From assembly GCA_002633005.1 (NCBI GenBank), contig NMRA01000590.1, forward strand, positions 204,639 to 261,421: DNA of 56,783 nt. The letters run 5' to 3'. This document shows positions 44,780 to 56,783 of the stretch, piece by piece. Below the pieces are notes generated by a model. That model saw only the letters and a program-made list of their open reading frames with translations. It searched no databases and was not told the origin of the DNA. How positions within the stretch are numbered: position 1 is the stretch's first letter; each line of letters begins with the position of its first letter. A program made the position numbers and the translations under genes. Origin of the DNA: Phoronis australis. Its lineage: Eukaryota > Animalia > Phoronida.

Positions 44780-45335
44780 ACCATTAAAGCATAGAACTCT
44801 AGTCCTGGAATGCTAACACCCGCAGGTGACATACGTATTCTTATTGGAGTCTGCAACCTTGAGACTAGACGCGAGAGTTTGCTCTGTGAATTTCCGCGTG
44901 TCTGCTCAACTGAACTATGATTGCTTATTGCACGTAAAGTTATTCATGTAATCAAGTCATAACTAATTTCATTCCCTAATTTTAATTTTGTTGCTTTTCT
45001 TCATCAAGCGAGACTCTTGAGGTACATTTAAAGACAATCGGCCATTTCTCGGCAAAATTAGTCGACGAACCCGACAATAGAACTCAAACCCTGGAATGCA
45101 AACTCTCCCACGTGACCAATGTAATAATTCTATTCTTAGAGCTTGTGACACCGAGACTAGCCGTGAGAGTTTGAACTGTAAATTTCTTGTTGTCTGCTCA
45201 TCTGAGATTTGATCGAGTGTTGTAGTTGTTAAGTCGAGCCTAATTTCATACCTTCGTTTTCATTTTGACACTTTTGTTCATCAAGCGAGACTCTTGAAGT
45301 TTAGTTCTCGACTGCCAGTTATTTCCCGGCAAAAG
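44780..45335 (+). repeat. About two diverged ~280-bp tandem units; related copy at about 42490-42770
   Basis: GAGACTAG..GAGAGTTTG..CTGT.AATTTC..TGTCTGCTCA and CAAGCGAGACTCTT recur (CAAGCGAGACTCTT near 42711, 45005, 45282). Confidence 0.65.
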
Positions 45336-45544
45336 AGTTCTTATTTAGTTAGATTACATGTTTTTAAATCATTTTATACGGTCTAAATACTCAAAAAGTC
45401 CAAATATACATTGTTGAGACGCTTTAATGAGTAGTTTCACTTTCAGTTTGTTGACTGAACATACCATTATATGGAGTTTGGTCAACTCATCTGCAATCCC
45501 TTGTCTGTTACATGCATTTGTTCATTCTATGTCTGATTTTAAGT

Positions 45545-45755
45545 CAGGCTAATGGAGCTGAAGGTTTATGTAAGGACACGCCCATAAATCGTTGTCCCAT
45601 TATATCCAGACTCTCATTCACTCGTTTGCATGCATTCACTAGCAAGACCGAGCTTAGAGGACTAGCAGACATCTTTGTGCAATGCTCGATTCCCGCCAGG
45701 TTTCGAACCCGTGTCTTCCCAAGGGGAGTTCGGAATTCAACCACTGAGCCATGTT
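45545..45755 (-). mobile_element. tRNA-derived SINE
   Basis: Minus strand A box TGGCTCAGTGG (45751-45741) and B box GGTTCGAAACC (45709-45699) at tRNA-like spacing, no cloverleaf; 3' boundary approximate. Confidence 0.65.
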
Positions 45756-48301
45756 GTGTCCTCGAGCTGAAAGTCACTCTTACTTGACTTTGATAATTGT
45801 CCGTCCTCTCTAACACTGCAAACGAGTTGCATGTTAATGTTCTGAGTAAATCTCCTAAATTACGAAGTATTACGAAATAGGGTGTTGTGAAGTTATTGGC
45901 CTGATTCAGAAAAGAACATCTTGGAACATTAATTAACCTTAATTACAATTATCGATATCTTAACTAGATTCACCACTTAGGCAATACTGGTTGAATCCGT
46001 GATTTTGACTTTCAGTTACAACTAGTGTACGTGGGTACAACAATTATTAGGGAAAAACGATGAGCCTCATAAATAGTCGTCCATGAATGTCATCTTGTTC
46101 AAACACGTTTTAGATATTCACTCTGCTCTTCCCTGGTGAATCCCAAACTCGCTCGTCTAAAACACATCTAATAATGTATACATTCCTGCGCCAATCGATG
46201 CTTTTCACGGACAGAGACTTTTTTGACACTGGAAACCACTGTTTGAAAATGTCGAATACTGATCAATGTCTGCATACCACGATTGTGAAATTGGATCTGT
46301 CATCGTGATGGGAAATGATTAAGTGTAAAAAAATGAAAGTAAGATAGTCATCAAATGTCTTCTGATGTAGTTTTTGGAAATATCTAATTTCACTATAACT
46401 TTGCAAATAGAAAAGGGCGTTAACGTGGTTTCTGAGCAGGATAAGATACACATCATTATGGACACGATGTAAAGTACATGTACAATTGAGTTGCACTCTA
46501 GAGTGCACACAGCGTCGTCACAAACCTTGGCACATGTCCAAAAGTAGTGTAAAATACTGATTATCTAAAAAATGAATTAATGGACTAGTGTGCAATTTCC
46601 ATTGGTTATCAGTTCAAGATATTTCGATATTTTATACATTGAATCAAATAGATTTTTATGCTGGGCGAAAAAATACACTTGTGCCCCGACTCAGCATATC
46701 TCAGTCGTCTATACAAAATGGATTCCAAATACGTTTCAACGTCTATACATGTACATGTATGTAAAGCTGCGTTTTGCCATTTTTAGCTCGGTAAAACCTA
46801 CATGAAATTGCTCTCTCAACGTCGGTTACCATGATAGGATTCCGCTTCTACCAAGTCTCAAATTGTTTACTCGAGGCATTTTTTGTAATTTGGACTTTTA
46901 GGTTTGGCCAACCCCATTAAACTATGAAGCATTTCTTTTGTCGCCGATGCTTAAGTTTGGGTTATGTAATCGTCTCTTTATGCTTGGTATTAGTTTATTA
47001 AATAATACTGTATGTTCTATTTTAGGTAACGTAAGAAGAACTACTTTTTTGTATGTCATGGAAATTAGTGGCAGGTTTCTGAGGTTACAATTCACCAAAT
47101 ACACTGCAAATAAGCTTGAACACTGCGAGGGTCAACATGGATCTTTAAATTTGACTAAATTTGTTCTTGTTGGTAACAGAAATTGAATTCTAACACGATA
47201 AAGAATACCATGAGACTGATTGAGAGTAAAGGCATAGTTCATTTTTGTTGTTTTGTGGCCAGCGATTTAAGGCGAAATTAGATCTTAGGCGCTCATAAGC
47301 ACGCTTGTCCGATCATGTACCGCAGTGTGATGAACGGCACTGAGTAAGGTTAGCACACCGTTTGAGGATTGCGTGTTGTCTATTTTGGCGCAGAACAGGG
47401 TTGCGTTCAAAGAAACGCCGGCATGAACACGCAAATTTGTAAGATGGCAATTCACGTTTTCATACCTATGTTTCTTGTGAGTCTACGGAACATAGCCTAT
47501 GATGTCATAGGCCAACATGGAACCTGTTTCAAGAAAACTGATATAGCTCAGACTATTCACCTCAGACAAGTGTAAGATGAATCTAAGATTGCTTTAATAT
47601 GAAACCGTTCCAAGAAAGTGACAATCATGAAGATTGTTTGTATCGCCTGAGTCCGCCGCACGATCCCACGGGATTTGAGAATATCCATATTTCAAGGTCA
47701 AATTAAACCGCTTCATCTGGAGACGACAAAATGACTGCAAATTTCTCAGAATGTGTGTTATGATAAAACTTAACGCAGGGTAAGGTATCATTGTTTGACG
47801 CCGCAACGAAGAATTCTATGTGACTTACGGCTTCAGTGATTTTAGAATGAGATGTCCACTTTAACAAATAAATTGAAGACAAGCCGACAGCAAGGGTGAG
47901 ACTGAAATTTTAACACGCCTTAATAGTGGAGTTCTCGTATTGGCGCTATCTAGAGTAAGGAGAGCGCGAAAACGACTTGATACCAACTCGGGTTCGGTGC
48001 AGAAATTCAATGAATACGTATTGGATCCTTAATATAAGAACAGAATAATAAATCCCACTGAAAGTCACATGTTTGATTATATTACAGGTTCGTTATTTTA
48101 TTTTAGCTTTTGACAACGGCTGAGATCGAAAATTTCCCGCTTTGTCGGTCGCACTTCTGACTTCGCTGTGCGAGGAATTTTCTTCACAGTGGCAAATGTA
48201 TAGAACATGATAGTCTTCAAACGTCGATCTTTTAAGAGGTTTATTGGCTTTTTCTGTAAGACATTAATGCGCCCCACTGCACAGCAATGGATATTTGATA
48301 G

Positions 48302-48535
48302 CAGGCCCGTAGCCAGGTAGGGGGTTCGAAGGGTTCGATCGACCCCGCACACGGAAAAGGTCCAGCCCCAGCCTATTCGTTAAAGATAGGATACAGATGG
48401 ACAACAACAAAATTGTTGCAGATACTAGTACTACTAACTACAACGATAACTGAGTTAGTATTAATTTTGAATTTACCTGTGATTCAAAGCACTTCACGTA
48501 ATCATCAGGCCGTACCCGGCCAACTTTGCCCGAGT
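48302..48535 (+). mobile_element. Non-autonomous DNA element end (CAGGCCCGTAGCCAGG...), same family as 23235-23473
   Basis: Aligns by eye with the reverse complement of 23235-23473. Confidence 0.75.
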
Positions 48536-49569
48536 GGTATTTGCGTAAATGACAGGATCGTGCAGACGATTAGAGGAGGCTTTATGTTATTCATCGGCAT
48601 AGAACATACGTGCCGGCCTAGTAGGAGGGCGAAAATTATGAGGGGGCACAAACCATTTCCACTTCGCCAAACACCCACCGCCCTCAATCGCCACCCCCTC
48701 TGCCACCCCCCACCCCCCGTGCTCCCGATGCCACCCTATTTGTACCGAATCTCCCAAGTCCGCGCTATAGGTGGTGGGCACACTGGCGGATTTAGGGGTT
48801 AACAAGTGCCCATGGCCCTCTAAAATTTTCCGAGATTCCTTTTGGCAGTTCTCGGGTGTGAATTTCTGACGGGTAAAACCCTGGCTAATACTCTACCCTT
48901 CCCCCACTCAAAATACTGAATGAGCCCCCGGGTCAATCCCAGGGATGAAGCCATCAAGAATTGAGTAACCGTGAACCAACACAGAGAGCAAGAATGAGCC
49001 TAGGAACAGTAAGTACAATGTACACTGACCGGTAGCGGGGAGCTGCGTCAAGTAGCTACATGTATAGCTGAGATCTAACTGTGTAAAAATATGAAATTCT
49101 CGATGATCTAAAGCTAATTGCTGGTCAGCTCAACTGTGATTCACTTGAGACAGGCAGCTCGTACCGGCCGTTCTAAAGTCAGGATTCGTTTTATTGTGAT
49201 CCAGTTTTGAGAAAACTTTATTTCATTATGGTCATTATTTGAAGGAGTTTTTTGAAAAGATGCGGTCCCGAAGTTCCTTAGGGCTGTTCCAAAATGCTTA
49301 GTTGAAAAATGACCTGTAGTCCAGTTTAAGGTGACTGGGGAAAAGGATAACGTGTCCCAAAAATGTACACACTTCCTGAACGCCTGAAATTCAAATTCAG
49401 TTCCCGTGGATCACAGAGAGTCTGCGAGGGCCTACTGCATGGTTACATCATGTTTTAACGTGGGCACGTCAGTCATGACGTGCAAGCATTCAATTCAGTT
49501 TTAAAGAACTAAAATCCTTGCTCAATGTTACTGGAAGCTAAAAACACCAAGGAAGTACAAACACAACAC

Positions 49570-52453
49570 TTCCAAGCAATAAGTTTAATTTTATTTATTT
49601 AAGGACTTTGAAAACGTTTTTTTTTTTCTTTCAGCGGTTTGCAAGTCTGAATTTCATCAATGTTTTTGAGAGTTATTTTAGATATGCAAAAATCGTCGGT
49701 GATCGGATTATTGAGATTTTCCAACTTCAGGCTGCAATTAAATTCACTGAAACATCATCATTTCTTACAAGATTAGCTTCTAATTGTCAAAAATCATCTG
49801 TGAATCTATCTATTTTCGTAGAACCATAAACAAGTAAATAAATCAAAAGCCAACGAATGTGTTTATCAAAACGGAATGTTATAAGCAACTTCCGCATGCA
49901 AGCTTGCAGACTTTTGACGTGTAACCGGGGGAAGATGAGAGATGGGGCTTGCTTTTATGGTGTATTTTGTTCATTTCAGAGGTACCTATAACAGTTCACG
50001 AGGCTAACCTAAACTCCACTGATAGAAAAAAAACGCTGAAATTCTTGTTCATGATTACAAGTGTTCTTTGAGTATCCCCTTTTCACATGAACACGGTCAT
50101 CACAAATAGTAGCCTAGACAGCACTGTTTTCCACATGTGGGAATTCCATACAAACAACTCATGGTGAGAGTCTTCAAAAGAGATGCTATTCTTGTGATAG
50201 TTCGGGAATCAGTATCATTATTTTATAACTAACCATCGGAAATAGTCCTTTTTTGTAATACAAAAATAGTGGTCTTCACGTTCTTCAAAATTCTAACCTT
50301 TCGATGGCAGCAATTCTACTGTATTTTTCACATTTTTGTTGTTTGGGTCGAATGACTGTCCTGAGCTGTGCACGAATGTTTTGGGTTTTGAAGGATTTGG
50401 AATTTCAAATATCATCGTGACTACTTGGCGGTGTCAGATTTACATGTCGAGAGGAACAAAGGAACATTTCCCTCGAATTGCTCCCCGAGAGAGGGTACCG
50501 TCTGAAATGAGACACCTTGAGATGAAAGACTAAACCTTAAGCTTGGAAAAAGAGTGACAGTGCATTCCACTGGCGTGTGGTCCCAAAACGATGCAGGGAG
50601 TGACCTCCTTCAACATGACAGCTGGTTGCACGATTTCACAAAAAACAGGAAAATAGAGGTGATCGATTCCAACATTGGGCCCTCTCCCCGTCAGCGGCCC
50701 CTTAAGAATTTGTCAATAAAGACTCACAAAAAGGGTGGTCAGTTAAATGTCATCAGTGGCCTCCTTCAAGGGCGGAGACCCTAAATATGAAAATTTCTAT
50801 ATTTTCAAATGTAAGGAAATGCGCAGCAATTATTATCTGTCAGATAATCAATTTTTCTCAAGTAACATAAAGTTTCGAGAAAAAAATAAACCGAAATTTG
50901 TCTCCGTTATATCCCTTGCCAGAGAGGGACACATGGAAAAATATAGTTTTGCATTTGCAGAATTGAATTATTGAATTTAAAAATACAGTAAATTAGGACA
51001 CTCCTCAAANATTTCCAAGCAATAAGTTTAATTCTATTTATTTAAGGACTTTGAAAACGTTTTTTTTTTCTTTCAGCGGTTTGCAAGTCTGAATTTCATC
51101 AATGTTTTTGAGAGTTATTTTAGATATGCAAAAATCGTCGGTGATCGGATTATTGAGTTTTTCCAACTTCTGGCTGCAATTAAATTCACCGAAACATCAT
51201 CATTTCTTACAAGATTAGCTTCTAATTGTCAAAAATCATCTGTGAATCTATCTATTTTCGTAGAACCATAAACAAGTAAATAAATCAAAAGCCCACGAAT
51301 GTGTTTATCAAAACGGAATGTTATAAGCAACTTCCGCATGCAAGCTTGCAGACTTTTGACGTGTAACCGGGGGAAGATGAGAGATGGGGCTTGCTTTTAT
51401 GGTGTATTTTGTTCATTTCAGAGGTACCTATAACAGTTCACGAGGCTAACCTTAACTCCACTGATAGAAAAACAACGCTGAAATTCTTGTTCATGATTAC
51501 AAGTGTTCTTTGAGTATCCCCTATTCACATGAACACACGGTCATCACAAATAGTAGGCTAGACAGCACTGTTTTCCACATGTGGGAATTCCATACAAACA
51601 ACTCATGGTGACAGTCTTCAAAAGAGATGCTATTCTTGTGATAGTTCGGGAATCAGTATCATTATTTTATAACTAACCATCGGAAATAGTCCTTTTGTGT
51701 AATACAAAAATAGTGGTCTTCACGTTCTTCAAAATTCTAACCTTTCGATGGCGGCAATTCTACTGTATTTTTCACATTTTTGTTGTTTGGGTCGAATGAC
51801 TGTCCTGAGCTGTGCTCGAATGTTTTGGGTTTTGAAGGATTTGGAATTTCAAATATCATCGTGACTACTTGGCGGTGTCAGATTTACATGTCGAGAGGAA
51901 CAAAGGAACATTTCCCTCGAATTGCTCCCCGAGAGAGGGTACCGTCTGAAATGAGACACCTTGAGATGAAAGACTAAACCTTAAGCTTGGAAAAAGAGTG
52001 ACAGTGCATTCCACTGGCGTGTGGTCCCAAAACGATGCAGGGAGTGACCTCTTTCAACATGACAGCTGGTTGCACGATTTCACAAAAAACAGGAAAATAG
52101 AGGTGATCGATTCCAACATTGGGCCCTCTCCCCGTCAACGGCCCCTTAAGAATTTGTCAATAAAGACTCACAAAAAGGGTGGCCAGTTAAATCTCATCAG
52201 TGGCCTCCTTCAAGGGTGGAGACCCTAAATATGAAAATTTCTATATTTTCAAATATCAGGAAATGCGCAGCAATTGTTATCTGTCAGATCATCAATTTTT
52301 CTCAAGTAACATAAAGTTTCGAGAAAAAAATAAACCGAAATTTGTCTCCGTTATATCCCTTGCCAGAGAGGGACATATGGAAAAATATAGTTTTGCATTT
52401 GCAGAATTGAATTATTGAATTTAAAAATACAGTAAATTAGGACACTCCTCAAA
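49570..52453. repeat. 1.44-kb near-identical direct duplication meeting at a single N (51010); probable uncollapsed haplotypes
   Basis: 49570-51009 and 51011-52453 differ only by scattered SNPs and short indels; the junction is exactly the N. Confidence 0.85.
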
Positions 52454-53626
52454 ATCTTCGCTTTACAAATTTTCGCAATTTTTCGAAATATACATGTATG
52501 TACATGTATGATTGATTTCGTGCACGTTTTCAAGTGGGTTAGGCGACATGAGCTGCAAAAATGGGACCCTGGCCAGGGTATTCAAAAGGTAAACCATCCG
52601 CTGATGCAGATTTGTTAAATTTTTCTCGTGAATTTCCTGTCTTATCCGTATTTCGCAGTCATTCTTTTCTCCATTGTTCCGGGCACAACGCCTATGTGGG
52701 TTGCCACGGTTAAACCCTGACGCCTGAAATTTTTTGGGGGCCATGCCCCCGAGCCTCCACCCCCGCTTCCTAAGGCCCTGACGTGATAGGGTGATAAGGG
52801 AGTCTAGAAGAAAATGTCTGTACCTAGCTAAGCTATAGAGCAGCTAGAGAGCACCCAAAATGTAATGCGGTGTGAATGCCTTAAATCGACCAAGAAACAA
52901 AACAGCAGGAAGTAGGTTTCTTTTCTGGCATTGATTGATAGAACGTTAAAGGGAAGGCGTTTTTCAAATTTGGAAATGAAAGTCTTCGTCCAATACAGGT
53001 TGGCCTATGTTTTTTATGCAGTCTCCATTTCGATTGTGGATCGGTGAATGTTTGCTTTTCCGTACTTTTAAATGCAGTAGAGGCAGACGGTAAGTTCACT
53101 AAATGTAGCCTTGCGTCGCGGGTCAAAAACCAGACATTTAACTATCATCAGGGTTGAGACGACCAACAGTTTTAAATTTAGAAAGACTGAATGGTACTCT
53201 CTGACTTCGTGAACACTGGCAGGGAAAGGGTAGCCTGTTAATACATTGAATTTCGACCCGTCCATGTTCATGGTTCCGGTGGATGAGGTTCAGGCGCAGA
53301 GGCCCTAAACTTTTCAGTTGCGCTGTGAAATGATGCGACCTTGACATGGATTTAATGAATGTATCGTGGTTGATAATTCATCAATATTCCCACTCCATAT
53401 TTTTAAAGTGCAATAACTTTCTCAATATTTTTCCTTGATCGTAAGGCATGCGGGCAATTTTGCATGCGCATGAAATCCAAACAAAGTATTTTAGAGTACC
53501 AGTGTGTTGTTTTCAATATAGGTACCTGTACGCCATTCAGTTTATCTAATAATCGAAGTATCATTCATTTTTCCATGTAAAAGTGTAAAACTTACACGAG
53601 TTTAAAAAGTTAGATCTATTCATAGT

Positions 53627-53815
53627 ATCGAACCTTCGAAGTAGTGAACATTCGAAGTAGTGAACCTTCGAAGTAGTGAACCTTCGAAGTAGTGAACCTT
53701 CGAAGTAGTGAACCTTCGAAGTAGTGAACCTTCGAAGTAGTGAACCTTCGAAATAGTGAACCTTCGAAGTAGTGAACTTTCAAAGTAGTGAACCTTCGAA
53801 GTAGTGAACCTTCGG
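53627..53815. repeat. Tandem array of 16-bp unit GTAGTGAACCTTCGAA, about 11-12 copies, at the end of a non-autonomous element
   Basis: Direct reading; followed by AGTGGGCTGTTCCCATTTC, the reverse complement of the terminus seen at 21440. Confidence 0.95.
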
Positions 53816-54304
53816 AATGGCGAACCGAATGGTGAGTAGTGGGCTGTTCCCATTTCCAACGACGCAAGCAACTTGAGTAACACGCAAAATATAAATAGAT
53901 AAAAATTGTTGGCAAATTATCCTCCGACTAAACATTTTTTCCGAGTAGGTGTAATCACGCATTTAAGCATTCCTTATTTGAAAATTTTGCAGGAAGTAAC
54001 GCGAGAACGTTTTGGACCTCATTACATCCGAATTTAGCCCCATTCTTTGCTAGCAACCGTCACGGCATCCTCATTTCTGGTATTACTAATTCCGTCTCAT
54101 CTCAAAAGAATAGACTGAGAGTCATCGTTGTGTATACAAATTTCCCCTCTCCTGATTAAGCTGCGTCAACTGAGGACTTTAATGAAATCTCAAAGTGTCG
54201 ACGTTTGCAAAATATCAAGGGTTCACCTTTCAAGAAATTCCAACCACCCCTGGGCAACGCTGACTACGAGCCTGGATAGCAAATAGGCAATAGAACACCG
54301 TTTA

Positions 54305-54430
54305 TACCTGCCAGTAGGTTGAAACTCCCCTCGGCATAAGATGAGCTCTGTAGGTATTGCTGAACGCACTGGTGGGCGTCTGGCGGGATAGTGCGTTTCA
54401 TTATGGCACGGCTACTTCGAAAGTCCTCTA
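54305..54430 (+). repeat. Interspersed repeat fragment shared with about 1998-2130
   Basis: CCAGTAGGTTGAAA.CTCCC..TAGGT..TGCTGAA..TCT.GCGGGA.AGTG..TTTCA..TTCGAAA in both. Confidence 0.65.
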
Positions 54431-55089
54431 TTAAAATGAATTAGTGGAATTCAAAATGGTCTTGTGATTTAACAGATCATCTAGAGTCTGTGCCAAGAAT
54501 GATTTTAACAGCCAGAACCTAATATATCCAATTCAAATCGTGGCGATCATTTTGGCTCATTCTACTGGAATGCTGACCAGTACGTCTCCATCAACCAAAT
54601 GTGCCCCTGTTGACCATTCTTCTAATGGGTGTAGAGAAACAACCCATTTGTCATTCTAATACGTGGTACATTGAAATTTTGGTGATAAATTTTCCCGAAC
54701 AATTCACATGCATAAAACAGTAGATAGTAGTCATTGATGACAATGGCCTTAAACTTTGTTTACCAGGCGGCACTTGAAATAAATAAGAACGCAATCGTTA
54801 TTTCCAGAGCCTGGGATACTGTTTTTTTCACTCGAGATCGAATTTGAAACAATTTTTGTTATGTTCTATTCCATTTTTGTGTGACTTCAAAATAAGTATA
54901 TTATATTATGCTATGCTCCAGTACATAATAGCTTACATTGTGGACAACTGTCTAATTTAACAAATACTGTGTACATGTACTAATGACCCAATCATTACGG
55001 TTAAAACTTAGAGTGTGAACTACACGTGGTGGAAAAAGTACTGTACCTTTGTGGACTTCAGTATGGCAGTCTGAAAATTACACGTGTGT

Positions 55090-55720
55090 TTTATTGTTTG
55101 TTTAATTATAATCTCCACGGGAAAATGTTCAATCTCCCGAAGAATATTATGCTGAAGTGAAATCTTGGGTGAGAATACAGAATTAGGTCACACCCTACTT
55201 TGAACGTAAGAGAGGAGTGAAACAAGACTGCACACTGATCCCCTGGTTGTTCTCTGTTTTTGTAAGCGGGCTGGTTCAGAGGTTAAAGGAAATGGAGGTC
55301 GAGGAAATCAAGTTTGATGATAGTGAGTCTGTAACTTTTTGCGGGGGATTCAGTGCTTAAAGCGGACACAGTGCCTGGACTTCAGAAAAATTAAATGCAT
55401 TGCATAATTACTGTGGGGATTGGAGTCCTTTTAGAATTAAAAGTTGTTTGAAACGAAATCTCATTTCAAGTATCTCAGTGTGTCATTTTCTTGCAGATTA
55501 AACAGGAAAGAAAATTGCAGAATAGTAATTCTGCAAGCTAAAAAACAGTGAACATGTTAAAAGCATGTTTAACTAGTAAAGTGAAGTGTAGTTCACGACA
55601 TCATTTGATAGTACGGTAGTTTCTATATTGGAGTACGGTGCCGAAATACAGAAAGTGTTCTCTAGCGTATTTTTATAAAGAACATGCAAACACCATTTAC
55701 ACCTGAATAGACTACAGTCC
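55090..55720 (+). pseudogene. Decayed LINE reverse transcriptase fragment (APE-type LINE; clade uncertain)
   Basis: RGVKQDCTLIPWLFSVFV (cf. GV.QG..LSP.LF), GLQ..LNALHNYCGDW, FKYLSV, FDSTVVSILEYGAEI, with frameshifts; YADD motif degenerate. Confidence 0.8.
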
Positions 55721-56289
55721 CACGTTTTATTATCAGATTGTTAAACAAAAAGTCCTTCTATATGGGTCCATATTTTAATAAAATGTTCATAATTCAGGCT
55801 GGTATAGTAAATTACCTTTTCTATGTTATAATATCCAAACATTTCATTTTAGCCATTAAAAGCAGGGAGGTCTGGAATTTAACATAGCTTCATACGTATA
55901 TCTGACGTTTTACTAAGCAAATAAGGAGATAAATCACACTTTTGATCCCACTTTCCATAAGAAAACATCTGTCAAACTCAAGCTAATAACGGACCCTGTT
56001 TTGGCTGTAAACCAGTTGTTCTGAATAAGTTCACGTTCCCCAAAAACATGGCAAAGATTCCCGGGGTCTTTTCCACAGAATGCACATAGTGGTGAGTTAA
56101 CCATAACTATTTTATATAAAAATTTACTAAGAATTCGGTAAGTAAGTCTAATTTAGAATCAGATAATCAAGACCACAATGTTTAAGTTTGAAAGGACTGT
56201 CAGCACTTGAAGAATACTAAATAGACCACGCTATAGAGATTCAAAGTTGTGACAATTGATGCAAAACAAATGTAAGAACGGCTGGTGAG

Positions 56290-56560
56290 AACGGGAGAAA
56301 AATTATCAAGTCTGTTCAGCAAATAATTAAACAAGAAATATTGGAAATCAACTCTGAGTTAGCAAAGATCAAAAAAGAAAATAAAGTACTCAAGGAAGAT
56401 ATTAGTAAACTAAATCAATACTCACGGAGAAACAGCATAAGAACCTATGGAGTGAAACAAGACACAGAGAATAGTTTGGAAGTGGCAACTGGCTTTCTAG
56501 AGAAATCATTGAACATCAAGATTGACCCATCGCTGACTGATAGAGCCCACCGGTCACTAC
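56290..56560 (+). pseudogene. LINE ORF1-like (coiled coil + RRM, Transposase_22 type) fragment
   Basis: ELAKIKKENKVLKEDISKLNQYSRRNSIRTYGV...LNIKIDPSLTDRAHR matches L.QYSRR.N.RI.G and I.RAHR motifs; truncated after RAHR. Confidence 0.8.
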
Positions 56561-56783
56561 ATATTGGACGACCTAACTTCATACGACTATCAAATTGTTA
56601 ATACTGCTTGTAATGACAGAAGAGTTAAATCAAGTTGGTCCAGTGGTGCAACGAAGGTTATCTTGCGTGACGTCAGAATTACACATATGGTTGACGACTT
56701 TTGAACTTCTATACAATTGAAGAACGAAGACGGACATGAACTTCACGGGCACTTTACGTTTTGTGTTGTAGTTACAATGTATG

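Noticed and set aside
49570-52453. Recent 1.44-kb tandem duplication with duplicated ORFs
   Set aside because: Copies meet exactly at a single N and differ by allelic-level SNPs; most likely haplotype overlap at a contig join. Read depth would settle it.
53627-53815. CRISPR-like or repeat-protein reading (KVHYFEGSLLRRFTTS)n
   Set aside because: Contiguous 16-bp units with no unique spacers, no cas genes, eukaryotic context; the ORFs are artefacts of a stop-free repeat.

Overview
Eukaryotic (animal) genomic scaffold, about 38-40% GC by eye, with two N-gaps (11965-12034, 30781-31167) and six single-N contig joins. Repeat content and strong TACATGTA enrichment suggest a marine invertebrate such as a lophotrochozoan; this is inference and the species cannot be named. 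Most entries in the ORF track are spurious. One real gene can be assembled by hand: a minus-strand gene of 10 coding exons (30737->2855, all GT-AG and phase-compatible, about 360 aa) encoding a signal peptide, a single ZP (zona pellucida) module, a KRRRR furin site, an external hydrophobic patch, a TM helix and a cytoplasmic NPxY tail. It has 22-nt and 12-nt microexons, and its ZP-C domain has lost both partners of the canonical C5-C7 disulfide. The rest is mostly transposon debris. A decayed HERO-type (restriction-like endonuclease) non-LTR retrotransposon at 35.3-40.75 kb is interrupted by a solo LTR, a THAP fragment and a foldback/MULE-like element with a perfect 9-bp TSD. There are also LINE RT/ORF1 remnants, MITEs, tRNA-SINEs and minisatellites. 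The most unusual element is a 400-bp palindrome at 32248-32647: two inverted ~150-bp arms, each carrying a Penelope-type hammerhead ribozyme motif, flank a tRNA-Ser-like Pol III cassette. Several near-identical tandem duplications that meet at a single N are probably uncollapsed haplotypes. All calls were made by eye, without database searches.
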